Shown: piece by piece, positions 1 through 9,513 of the stretch | Layout of the letters: every line of letters begins with the position of its first letter | Position numbering within the stretch: position 1 is the first letter of the stretch | Origin: Octopus sinensis | Taxonomy: Eukaryota | Length of the DNA stretch: 28,808 nt | Direction: 5' to 3' | NCBI RefSeq assembly: GCF_006345805.1 | Contig: NW_021833208.1 | Location: forward strand, 1 to 28,808 | Made by a program: the position numbers and the translations under genes | Notes under the pieces: model-generated | The model's database searches: none | Told to the model about the DNA's origin: nothing | What the model saw: the letters and a program-made list of their open reading frames with translations, nothing else

Positions 1-988
1 AGAACGGTTGCTTTTACTCCTGTGTTTTAGTATATTGAACCAGCGCTATTGCAAAGATTTTTAACAAGTCAAAAAGTGTTGTTCATGGTATTCTAAGGTC
101 TACGATGATTGTGGTTCGTGTGAAGCAAGAAAGTCTACAGGTAGGCCAGAAAAACGACCAAGAGAGAAGATCGTGCTATGGTAAAGTTGGTTAAAAAGAC
201 AGATTTAAAACTGCTGCTGCTTTTTCTCGGGAAATGAGCATTGTACTGAAGAAAACTTTATCTCGAAAAACTGTGTCTCGTCGTTTAGTTGAACATGACC
301 TACAAGCAAGAGCACCTGCAGTGAAGCCACTGATCAGCTCCAAGAATAAAAAGTGTCGTCTTACTTTTGCAACCGAACATGTGTTGTGGTCTGAAGAAAA
401 ATGGCAAACGGTGCATTTCAGTGATGAATCTAAGTTTATGCTATTTGGCTCAGATGGGAAAAGGTACGTTCGTCGAAATGTAGATGAAAAATTGTCGACT
501 AAATGCCTTAAGACTAGTGTTAAATTCGGTGGAGGAAGTGTCATGGTTTGGGGGATGATATCTGGAGATGGTGTGGGCCCTTTGGTGCGATTACATGGAA
601 AGTAAAATGCAGGAGTTTATAAACAACTTGTAAAAGATCATGTCTTGCCTGTGCTGAGAAATTCAACTAAGCGACCACCCATATTCATGCAAGACAATGC
701 CCCATGTCACAAGGCTTAAGTGGTCATGAACTTCCTCAAGGCTGAAAAGGTTATTGTTATGGATTGGCCTGCTCAAAGCCCAGATCTCAATCCTATTGAA
801 AATGTGTGGAATATTCTAGGAGAACGTTCGAAAGCCAGAAATCCTAAAACAACCGAGCAATTATGGTATGCCCATCAGGAAGAAAATTAAATAAGATCAC
901 CCAGCAAGAAATTGAAAATTTAGTTTCCTCATGCAGTCGAAGATGTCAAAGTGTGATTGAAGCTAAAGGGCTTCACGCTAAATATTAA
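1..988 (+). pseudogene. Tc1 DD34E transposase pseudogene
   Basis: ORF 234-605 has TVSRRL, FSDESKF and VMVWG. The same frame continues through stops (603-605, 717-719) to QDNAPCH (D at 693-695) and WPAQSPDLNPIEN (E at 798-800), with 34 residues between D and E. After a frameshift it ends GLHAKY* at 986-988. Confidence 0.92.
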
Positions 989-1037
989 ATAATTCCAGTA
1001 TTCTCTGTCATTTTTGATTATTTTGTTATTTTTTCAA

Positions 1038-1260
1038 CCGTTTTTGATCATTTTGGCCGGCATGGGTTTTGCAGTAAATCACTAAATCATCCATAACTTT
1101 TGTATTATCCTCCAAAATTTACACCAAAATCTCAGACAATAACAATTAATATCGTATTTATTGTCTGTGAAAATTATAGAATATAAAACAACTTAGATAA
1201 AAAATTGTACCTACTTTTCTGATGAAAAGAATGCCGTTCTGAACATTTTGGCCGCAACTG
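1038..1260. repeat. Right-end IR/DR of the Tc1 element
   Basis: Inner CCGTTTTTGATCATTTTGGCCG (1038-1059) resembles outer CCGTTCTGAACATTTTGGCCG (1234-1254), about 200 bp apart. Confidence 0.65.
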
Positions 1261-1304
<44 letters not shown>

Positions 1305-1309
1305 CGCGC

Positions 1310-1450
1310 GAACATGTGTATGTCCTTGTGTCTGCGTTTATCTCCCACCACCGGTGTTAGTTTGCTTATCATAACTTAGCGTTCCGGCAAAAGAAAAACG
1401 ATGAAATAAGTACTAGGCCTGACAAAAAATATAAGTACCGGTGCCTATTC
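1310..1450 (+). mobile_element. Degenerate 3' half of the microsatellite-containing SINE family
   Basis: TAACTTAGCG...GGCAAAAG...AATAAGTACTAGGC matches the copies at 2546-2765 and 24945-25154, and the reverse copies at 4055-4265 and 10521-10720. Confidence 0.65.
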
Positions 1451-1462
1451 GTACACAGTCTA

Positions 1463-1494
<32 letters not shown>

Positions 1495-1534
1495 TAACAA
1501 TTTAGGAGTGACCCTAACAGGTCATTCGTCCACC

Positions 1535-1598
<64 letters not shown>

Positions 1599-1644
1599 AT
1601 ATATATAACAATTAGGAGTGACCTAACAGGTCATTCGTTCCACC

Positions 1645-1687
<43 letters not shown>

Positions 1688-1724
1688 TATATATATATAA
1701 TATATATATATAGATATTAGTATA

Positions 1725-1760
<36 letters not shown>
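1463..1760. repeat. (TA)n arrays with a duplicated ~40-bp spacer (period 110)
   Basis: ACAATTTAGGAGTGACCCTAACAGGTCATTCGTCCACCAG (1497-1536) vs ACAATTAGGAGTGACCTAACAGGTCATTCGTTCCACCAG (1608-1646). Confidence 0.9.
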
Positions 1761-1763
<3 letters not shown>

Positions 1764-2089
1764 CACAGGCGTGGCTGTGTGGTAAGAAGCTTGTTCCCCA
1801 ACCACATAGTTCCGGGTTCAACGCACTGCATGGCACCTTGGTCAAATGTCTTCTAATATAGCCTCGGCCGACCAGGTAGTCGGAAACTGAAAGAAACCCG
1901 TATATATATATATATATATATATATAGTGACGTTATTTTTGCCATTTCAATATGGCTAACCCCTAAGGGTGGATGCTACTGTAGTTTTTAGCCCCAGGAG
2001 ACACACTCCTCCAGCTGGCCATAGACACACTATCTGTGTCCTGTCAATATTTGCAAAGGGAAGTCATCTTCCCGTCTTAACTTATGATA

Positions 2090-2134
2090 CACACGGACTC
2101 GAGTTTCGAGGTATTGACCTCTCGTCAGCGTGTG
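2090..2134 (-). ncRNA. Minimal type I hammerhead ribozyme, copy 1
   Basis: Minus strand reads CACACG-CUGACGA-GAGGU(CAAU)ACCUC-GAAA-C(UCGA)G-UC-CGUGUG: 6-bp stem I, intact core, 5-bp stem II, palindromic stem III (ACUCGAGU). Predicted GUC cleavage between 2096 and 2095. Confidence 0.9.
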
Positions 2135-2442
2135 ACAATCATAGTTGTCGCCGAGAATTAGATTTCCTTCACAAATACTTATACTTTTTCCAGCGCCCAC
2201 TGTCGCTGATATTGAAAAAGTGAAATCAAACAATGATAAATATCAAAGTGAGTTATATACAGTAGCGGTAACACATCGTGACGTATTTTTGCCATTTCAA
2301 TATGGCTAACCCCTAAGGGTGGATGCTACTGTAGTTTTTAGCCCCAGGAGGACACACTCCTCCAGCTGGCCATAGACACACTATCTGTGTCCTGTCAGTA
2401 TTTGCAAAGGGAAGTCATCCTTCCCGTCTTCAACTTATGATA

Positions 2443-2487
2443 CACACGGACTCGAGTTTCGAGGTATTGACCTCTCGTCAGCGTGTG
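2443..2487 (-). ncRNA. Minimal type I hammerhead ribozyme, copy 2
   Basis: Identical 45-nt motif to copy 1. Predicted cleavage between 2449 and 2448. Confidence 0.9.
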
Positions 2488-2806
2488 ACAATCATAGTTG
2501 TCGCCGAGAATTAGATGTGTGTGTGTGTGTGTGTGTGTGTGTGTCTTTGTGTCTTTTTCTGTCTCCTGACACTGCTTGATAACCGGTGCTCGTGTGTTTA
2601 CGTCCTCGTAACTTAGCGGTTAGGCGAAAGAAACCGAGAGAATAAGTACCAAGCTTAAAAAAAAAAATAAAGTACTATGGTCGATACATTCGACTAGAAA
2701 ATTATACAAGGCGGTGCCCTGGCACGGCCACAATTTAATGACTGAAACAAGTAAAAGATAAAAAATACAATAAAAGATAAAATAAAATATAAAATATATA
2801 CATATA

Positions 2807-3013
2807 CTGGGTAAAAGTTGGTTTACTGTTGTCACGTAGGTGCTTTAAATTTCTTTTAAAGCATTTTATTACATTCAAATTTTTAACTAACAATTAACTA
2901 AAATAGCATAGAATAATGGTTCCATATTTTTTTATAATTAAGATATAAACTGTAAATATATGAATGCGAAAAAGATAGTTGAATAACAGTAAACCTACTT
3001 TTGGGCCACCCTG
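2807..3013. mobile_element. Tc1/mariner-type MITE with degenerate TIRs
   Basis: Left end TA|CTGGG-----TAAAAGTTGGTTTACTGTT matches the reverse complement of the right end, TA|CAGGGTGGCCCAAAAGTAGGTTTACTGTT. TA on both flanks. Confidence 0.65.
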
Positions 3014-3154
3014 TATACCCTGTATATGAGACTCCCTTCACCAACACTCGTTCAAGTATTCGTCGTGGTTTCGACAGCATATTGACGCGTTCGTAATATT
3101 TGGCAGTGCTCGATATCTGCGTAGTAACATTCAATCCGGCAGTGTCAACCGTGT

Positions 3155-3410
3155 TATGTATATACATACAGAAGCATATATATCTGCATACACACACACA
3201 CACACACACACACCACTCACACACACACACAGAGACACAAACATACACACATACATATACATACATTTATATGCATATATATATATATATATATATATAT
3301 GTACTATATACCTGCATATATATATATATATATATATGTGTGTGTATATAAATATGTATATATGTATACATATATATATATGTATATATATATATATGTG
3401 TATATATGTA

Positions 3411-3461
<51 letters not shown>

Positions 3462-3545
3462 CATACATACATATATATATACATATATATATATATAACA
3501 CACATATATATATATATATATATACACATATATATACACACACAC
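3155..3545. repeat. Compound (CA)n/(TA)n microsatellite
   Basis: Directly visible. Confidence 0.95.
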
Positions 3546-4322
3546 AATCATAACGCCGAATGCATTCAAGTTTGCATAGAATACTATTCATTCCTCCGGA
3601 TACTGAATGCCATCCTCTATAATTTTTGCCATTAATGTAAGCTTGGTAAAAGAAATGGTTATCTTCTTTGAGTAAAATGCAAAGAAATAACCTATTTTTA
3701 AAAGATCGTAACAATAATCAAACGGTGAGGTACATATCACGTGCAAACATTACCATGCCTACACCATCGCGACGAAAGAACCCGGATTCAGCTATCGCAG
3801 ATCGCGGAACTATTAAGAAAAATTCCATTAGACTTTCGAACTGAACCAAGACTTATACCAGTTCTAAAGAAAGGTTAGGGGAGGTCCCACGATAGGCTAC
3901 ACGAAGAAACGTAAACAATATTGGGATTAAAAATACTCAACATTCTCAAATTTATCAGAATAACAATTACGCCAGCAAGCGACATTTGTTGAAAAGAAAG
4001 ATGTCATCTTACTAAATAAAATCACTCAGTCAAAATAAGTGAAAGATAATACTCTCTTTTACTCTTTTACTTGTTTCAGTCATTTGACTGCGGCCATGCT
4101 GGAGCACCGCCTTTAATCGAGCAACTCCACCCCGGGACTTATTCTTTTGTAAGCCCAGTACTTATTCTATCGGTCTCTTTTGCCGAACCGCTAAGTTACG
4201 GGGACATAAACACACCAGCATCGGTTGTCAAGCAATGCTAGGGGAACAAACACATACACACACATACGCATATATATATATATATATAAACAGGAAACAA
4301 ACAAGAGGGAGTTATAATGCAG

Positions 4323-4470
4323 CGATTGGTCAAAATAATGATGACGTCCCGTTCTACTTGATTAAAGCCACCTAACGAAACGATTGGTCAAAACATTGAT
4401 GACGTCACGCTACGCTACATTGACCACCTAACAGGCATTATAAAACCGAGCATTTCACAAAAACTCACTA
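4323..4470 (+). promoter_or_regulatory. Pol II promoter-like module: 2 x (inverted CCAAT + CRE), TATA, Inr-like
   Basis: 58-bp tandem unit with ATTGG at 4325 and 4383, TGACGTCC at 4342 and TGACGTCA at 4400. TATAAAA at 4439-4445. TCACT at 4465-4469, with its A 28 nt from the TATA start. CCACCATGG with ATG at 4494, then AAG|GTAAAA donor at 4516/4517. Confidence 0.6.
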
Positions 4471-4770
4471 GAACCACCCAGCGAACTTCCACCATGGGTC
4501 ATCACAATTGCTTAAGGTAAAAATGAATTCCTCGCTCTTTTCGGAAAACATCAATCTTCTGTATTGACCGCTTTCCACCACTTTGATCTGTTTTTTGTAT
4601 TGAATACGTATCGCCACCGTGGGCCACTGCATCGAACACTTTGAACATATACTTCAAACTATATATCAACTATACATGAACTATATATCAACTATACATG
4701 AACTCTAAGATGTCTGACTCCGTTGTGTATTATAAATGAATTTCTTGTGTTTGACGGTATGAGCTGTCTT

Positions 4771-4840
4771 TTTTTATATATACTTTTTTTGATAAGGTTC
4801 ATTTCAGGAACTGAAACATGTTATAATGTATATATAAAAA
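4771..4840 (+). ncRNA. Decayed type I hammerhead (probably inactive)
   Basis: 13-bp stem I TTTTTATATATAC/GTATATATAAAAA. Core TTGATAA has 2 changes from CTGATGA. Stem II GGTTC(ATTTCAG)GAACT, then GAAA and palindromic ACATGT. Confidence 0.55.
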
Positions 4841-4883
4841 TTAAAAATTGTATAATACAGCAGCATTTTCGAACTTCATTTTT

Positions 4884-4954
<71 letters not shown>

Positions 4955-6163
4955 CGACGGCTTCTTTCAGTTTCCGTCTACCAAATCCACTCACAAGGCT
5001 TTGGTCGGCCCGAGGCTATAGTAGAAGACACTTGCCCAAGGTGCCACGCAGTGGGACTGAACCTGGAACCATGTGGCTGGTAAACAAGCTACTTACCACA
5101 CAGCCACTTCTGCGCCTAATACTCGTATTAACAATATAGTAATTTGTTTTTCACGAAGAGACAGTGATCGACGCGGAGCACGACCAAAACGAATGCAAAT
5201 AATAAAGGGCTACCATTGGATGGGTATGTGACAACCACTTACGATCTCATAAAAACAAGTGAGGAATATAAAATACTAAAATCACAGCTTGCATCAAAGT
5301 TTAAAAAGAAGTTATTTACCTAAAGCACTGCACGGGAGAGCAATACCAACACGGGTTGAGGAAAAAACCCATCGACTTCATCATCGATGTTATCCGCGAT
5401 CGACGAAATTGCGAGAGAACAATTTGTTCAAATACAAACTCCCAGGTTTTGGATAATAAAAGAAATTGCTATATTGTGCTGCAATAACTGTGCACCAACG
5501 GACAGGAATAACATAGACCGATCCAAAGGTTAATACAGTGCTAAAATGGATTACCTTCCTCCAAAATAACATCAACGGACTCAGGAAAAATGATAGAACA
5601 GCTGAACGCTATCATCAAATGCAAAGCTAAAACTGAATTCAAGAATCATCATCTAAGACTGCATGATAGATTCTCCAAATCCTATTGGATGTACAGCCGA
5701 GAAATACTCACAGGCTGACGTATCACAGTGCCAAACACGATGTACGAATGGTAAGGGAGAAATTTCGTGATCGTCAAAAATTACACGAACGGAAAATGAT
5801 AAGGCCAAAGTATACCCAAAGCGCACAAGCTGTATATTGCAGTACTAATGCGATATCAAGGTAGTAAATGTTCCTCCACGGGAAGACCTAGAGCCATTCT
5901 GGGGGGAATATGGAATCTAAACAAAGAACACAATCGCGATGCAGCATAGTTAAACGAACAACGAAGTGAGTATTGTGTAAAAAAAAAAAAGAAAAAAATG
6001 GACGGTGGGCTTGATATACCAGATTGGCTGACGAAGGTAAAACTGCAAATTTGCTCTGTTTTCTTTTCCTTTTTTAAATTTATTTTGTACCTTCTCGCAT
6101 TGTTCTGGTCTCACACAAAAACATACTTTAAATTTATACCTCACAATGCTTCACCAAAACTAC

Positions 6164-6205
<42 letters not shown>

Positions 6206-6206
<1 letters not shown>

Positions 6207-6560
6207 TCGTGACCGACCAGGCTATCGTGACCGACCAGGCTATCGTGACCGACCAGGCTATCGTGACCGACCAGGCTATCAGATGTTGCTACACATCGCT
6301 GGTCACAATGCGCTTCGCATTGTTTTAGCCTTCAAATGACGCCACCCTGCTGGCTAAGCAAGCAGGCCAACAGAAGAAAGAGTGAGAGAAAGTTGCGGCG
6401 AAAGAGTACAGCAGGGATCGCCACCACCCCCTGCCGGAGCCTCGTGGAGCTTTTAAGTGCTTTCGCTCAATAAACACTCACAACGCCCTGTCTGGGATTC
6501 GAAACCGCGATCCTACGACCGCGAGTCCGCTGCCCTAAGCACTGGGTCATTGCGCCTCCA
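6206..6560 (-). mobile_element. tRNA-derived SINE, second family, with an 18-bp x4 terminal repeat
   Basis: Minus-strand head TGGAGGCGCAATGACCCAGTGCTTAG...GGTTTCGAATCCC. Body is shared with 12024-12317. Tail has four perfect ATCGTGACCGACCAGGCT units at 6206-6277. Confidence 0.85.
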
Positions 6561-6598
6561 CACACACACACACACACACACACATACGTACATCGCCA

Positions 6599-7175
6599 AC
6601 GATCTACAGATTCCAAATTTTTTTGGCAATTAATAGAGAAAGTCGAGTTTGGGATTAACTAATTCAGTTTTTGCTCGTTCTGGTGTTATAACAACGTACC
6701 TCATGAATTCTTTTTGTTTTTTTTCGTGGTGTGGGTTTTAACTGCCCTTTAGAGCATGTAAGGAGACCTGTCAAAGGTCTCCTCTCTATGTACAAAAATA
6801 TTTTATACACTTTATATTTTTTAAAATATGTTATGTGTTATGACATTTATTTATGCATGCTAACCACTGGTAATACATTATTTCAATTTACTACCCTCCT
6901 ATTTACGATAGCAATATTTATAATTCTAAACCTAAACAGGACACAGTTTTAAATTTGTTTATTTACTGCTGGACTATATGTTTACGGTTGCGCACTAAGT
7001 TCGAATCCATAATGGATAAAGATGTAGTTGTCTTGCGAATGTGGTTTCGGTACGGATTTGCAACTGCATGATTATTCATTAATTAGCGATCTCGTTGACG
7101 ATCTAAAGATTCTAAATGAGTTTATTTCGCAATTAATAGAGAAACTCGAGTTTGGGATTCACTAATTCAGTTTTG
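6599..7175 (+). repeat. ~75-bp direct repeats ~500 bp apart containing a decayed hammerhead-like motif
   Basis: 6599-6673 matches 7098-7175. The second copy reads GATTC-TAAATGAG-TTTATT..AATAGA-GAAACTCGAGTT-TGGGATTC. Flanked by (CA)n and (TA)n. Confidence 0.6.
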
Positions 7176-7177
7176 TT

Positions 7178-7238
<61 letters not shown>

Positions 7239-7432
7239 TATATATACATATATATACATATATAAACATGTATATGAATAATCCATATTTTTATTGCTTT
7301 TTCTTTTGTCTTGCTCGATTACGTTTTGGTTGTTTTGCTAAATTTTTCTTGAGAACATTTCTTAGTGGTGAGACCGTAGCGGAACATTTCTAGCATATGG
7401 GTGTCCACATAGTGGTTTCCTCTATATATATA

Positions 7433-7479
<47 letters not shown>

Positions 7480-7839
7480 GTGTTGTGTGTTTGTGTGTGT
7501 GTGTGTGTGTGTGCATATATACACAGATACATACATACACACGAACAAATATTTGTGCAATACACATTACTTGTTCTAGTTCCGTTAGAACTTCCTCTGG
7601 GCAAGAATAAACATCTGTTCACAGAAATTTTATCGGTTTGCAGCAATTTACAGTCTTTAAACAAACGAACAAAATTCTGCGAATTTGTACAACAGCACGT
7701 GCGCTTATAGAGTAGATTCAAAAAGGGATTGAGTAGCAGCGCACTATTTGGGGTTACAGCGTCGTGTACTCTAATGTATAGTGAGGACTAATTCTATGTT
7801 TATTGGAATAAACATCCAATACATTTCCAATGTTCTTTA

Positions 7840-7906
7840 TCTATCTACCTACCTACCTACCTACCTACCTACCTACCTATTTATCTATCTCTCTGTCTGT
7901 CTTTTT

Positions 7907-7997
<91 letters not shown>

Positions 7998-8042
7998 GTC
8001 TGTATGTCTGTCAGTCTGTCTGTCTGTCTGCCTATCTACCTA

Positions 8043-8094
<52 letters not shown>

Positions 8095-8112
8095 CCTCTA
8101 TCTATTTATATA

Positions 8113-8163
<51 letters not shown>

Positions 8164-8196
8164 CTATATCTATCTATCTATCTATCTATCTATCTA
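7840..8196. repeat. (TACC)n/(TATC)n/(TGTC)n compound microsatellite
   Basis: Directly visible. Confidence 0.95.
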
Positions 8197-8900
8197 CCGC
8201 GAGTGTCGCGTTGCTCTCAAGCAACTCTGCCGTCCCGGGTCGACCTTGAGTGACTTCAACACAACCAAAGCATTCTATAGCGGATTAGTGGAGGGAGGTA
8301 CGACGACGAGCTCGGGGCGAAACCTGCGTCGACGAGGAGTACCTGACTCGCCTGTTTAGGACGACTTTCGGGCCAGGGCCCATGGACAACTTCCAGAGAT
8401 CCCTGGCCTGGCAGTGCTACCGAGAAGCGCTACCCGTTCGGGATAAGCTCTACAGACACGGCTCGAGAAACACGGGGCCGACCTGCCCGAAATGCGGTCA
8501 GAGCGACGAAATCGTTCTGCACGCACTCGTGCAGTGTCCAACAATTTCCGACCTGTGGGCTATGTCGAACAACTGCTGTCACGTGTGGGACGAGTCGGTT
8601 TATCAGCTGAGTCTATCGTCAATATTGTCACGCTCCTTCCTTCAAACGGGAAGGAAGAGCTATTTTCATCATCCTTGTGGCTATGGCGAAAGAATGTACT
8701 GGTGGACGCGTCTGAAAGGATTGGAGACAAACACTTTCCTCTCTGGTCAATCTCTCATCAACTTCTTCAAGTACCACTTGAAAAGGAATGTGAGAGTAGA
8801 GAGGCAAGTTTTGTCTTAGCGAATGTTTTAAAAAAGATGGGTGAATGTAGCAAGGATGGCACGTATGAATGACGAAGCCACCTTGAGCATAATCCTATGA
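8197..8900 (+). pseudogene. ORF2 C-terminus (zf-RVT-like region) of the Tx1/L1-like element
   Basis: ORF 8382-8819 has LAWQCYREALPVRDKL...CPKC...E...H...C. Upstream frameshifted TTKAFYSGL. The frame continues past stops to KRWVNVARMARMNDEATLSIIL* (8900). Copy 3 has CAA where copy 1 has TAA. Confidence 0.8.
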
Positions 8901-9364
8901 ACCCAGAAATTGAAAACAGAGGGTTACCCACTTGCAAACAAATGTGGTAACATATAACAATATTGACCAAGGTTACCGTGGTCTTTTTCGTGGGCTTTTC
9001 TTCCCACGGATAAACCTTACTTGCTTTCCCCTTTACACCATATATCATAACACTGTGATACACGATCCCTATTGATCGTTCTTTTTTTTTTTCCTCTTCC
9101 CCTTTTTTCCCCCTTTTTTCTTCTTTTTTCATTTCTTTTTCCTTTTGTTCCTTTTCCTTTTCTTTTTTTTCTTTTTATTCTTTTTATATTATTCAATTTT
9201 TTTTTTTTGTTCTTTTCTTCCCTTTTACGATCCCTCTTGATCGAAAACCTACGCCACCCCCCTTTTTTTTCTTTTGTTTTTTGTTCTCTTCATCCCCCAA
9301 AAGAAAAGCTCTACCTTGTAACTTGTCCCATCTGTGTGCAGCCCTGTGTGGCCAATAAAGAAAC
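8197..9364 (+). mobile_element. 5'-truncated Tx1/L1-group non-LTR retrotransposon, copy 1
   Basis: ORF2 C-terminal zinc-binding region plus a T-rich 3' UTR ending GTGGCCAATAAAGAAAC, running directly into (TATC)n. Confidence 0.8.
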
Positions 9365-9435
<71 letters not shown>

Positions 9436-9447
9436 GTATTTATCTCT

Positions 9448-9512
<65 letters not shown>

Positions 9513-9513
<1 letters not shown>

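Larger units (their letters stand above)
1..1260 (+). mobile_element. Tc1-family DNA transposon remnant (5' end outside window)
   Basis: Contains transposase motifs (next feature). Ends ...GGCCGCAACTG at 1260 followed by TA at 1261-1262, i.e. a CAGT-type TIR plus TA target site. Confidence 0.9.
1927..2516 (-). mobile_element. Hammerhead-bearing tandem repeat (about 1.7 copies of a ~352-bp unit): Penelope-like pLTR or non-LTR retrozyme
   Basis: 1927-2163 and 2278-2516 are direct repeats differing by 4 single-base indels and 1 substitution. Each has a type I hammerhead on the minus strand. Minus-strand TATATAA at 2253-2259 and TGACGT at 2279-2284. Confidence 0.8.
1763..2765 (+). mobile_element. 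tRNA-derived SINE with internal (TA)n/(TG)n microsatellite, interrupted by the insert at 1927-2516
   Basis: Head has A-box-like GGCTGTGTGGTAAG and B-box-like GGGTTCAAC. Body runs to GAAAGAAACCCG (1900), then (TA)n, insert, (TG)n, and the tail half 2546-2765 ending GACTGAAACAAGTAAAAGA. The uninterrupted copy at 10521-10949 has the same layout. Confidence 0.8.
4289..4886 (+). mobile_element. Promoter-bearing insert, probable solo Penelope-like pseudo-LTR
   Basis: Flanked by (TA)n on both sides. Carries Pol II promoter motifs, an ATG, a splice donor and a decayed hammerhead fold. Confidence 0.55.
4055..5116 (-). mobile_element. Microsatellite-containing SINE, interrupted by the insert at 4289-4886
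   Basis: Tail half 4055-4265 and head/body 4955-5116 match 10521-10949. A direct repeat TAATACTC at 4047-4054 and 5117-5124 is a candidate TSD, partly overlapping the SINE tail repeat. Confidence 0.85.
3756..6050 (+). pseudogene. Decayed N-terminal (pre-RT) part of an R4/Dong-type non-LTR ORF, split by the SINE at 4055-5116
   Basis: Broken-frame peptides resemble R4/Dong proteins: IGYTKKRKQYWD*KYSTFSNLSE*QLRQQA (from 3892), LLYCAAITV (5466), KWITFLQNNINGLR (5544), PPREDLEPFWG-GIWNLNKEHNRDAA*L (~5873-5952), IPDWLTK (6016). Recognised by eye only. Confidence 0.65.

Noticed and set aside
1055-1065. GGCCGGCATGG, identical to the first 11 nt of the HDV genomic ribozyme
   Set aside because: No downstream P1/P2/P3 partners; it overlaps the Tc1 inner direct repeat. 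Treated as coincidence.
6206-6277. CRISPR-like short repeats
   Set aside because: Head-to-tail with no spacers, eukaryotic context, no cas genes.
6761-6783. 9-bp hairpin AGGAGACCT-GTCAA-AGGTCTCCT as a terminator or histone stem-loop
   Set aside because: Does not match the histone stem-loop consensus; intrinsic terminators are not expected in animal nuclear DNA.
7365-7392. Hammerhead-like GTGGTGAG-ACCGTAGCGG-AAC
   Set aside because: Core, GAAA and stems I/III are all defective; not distinguishable from chance.
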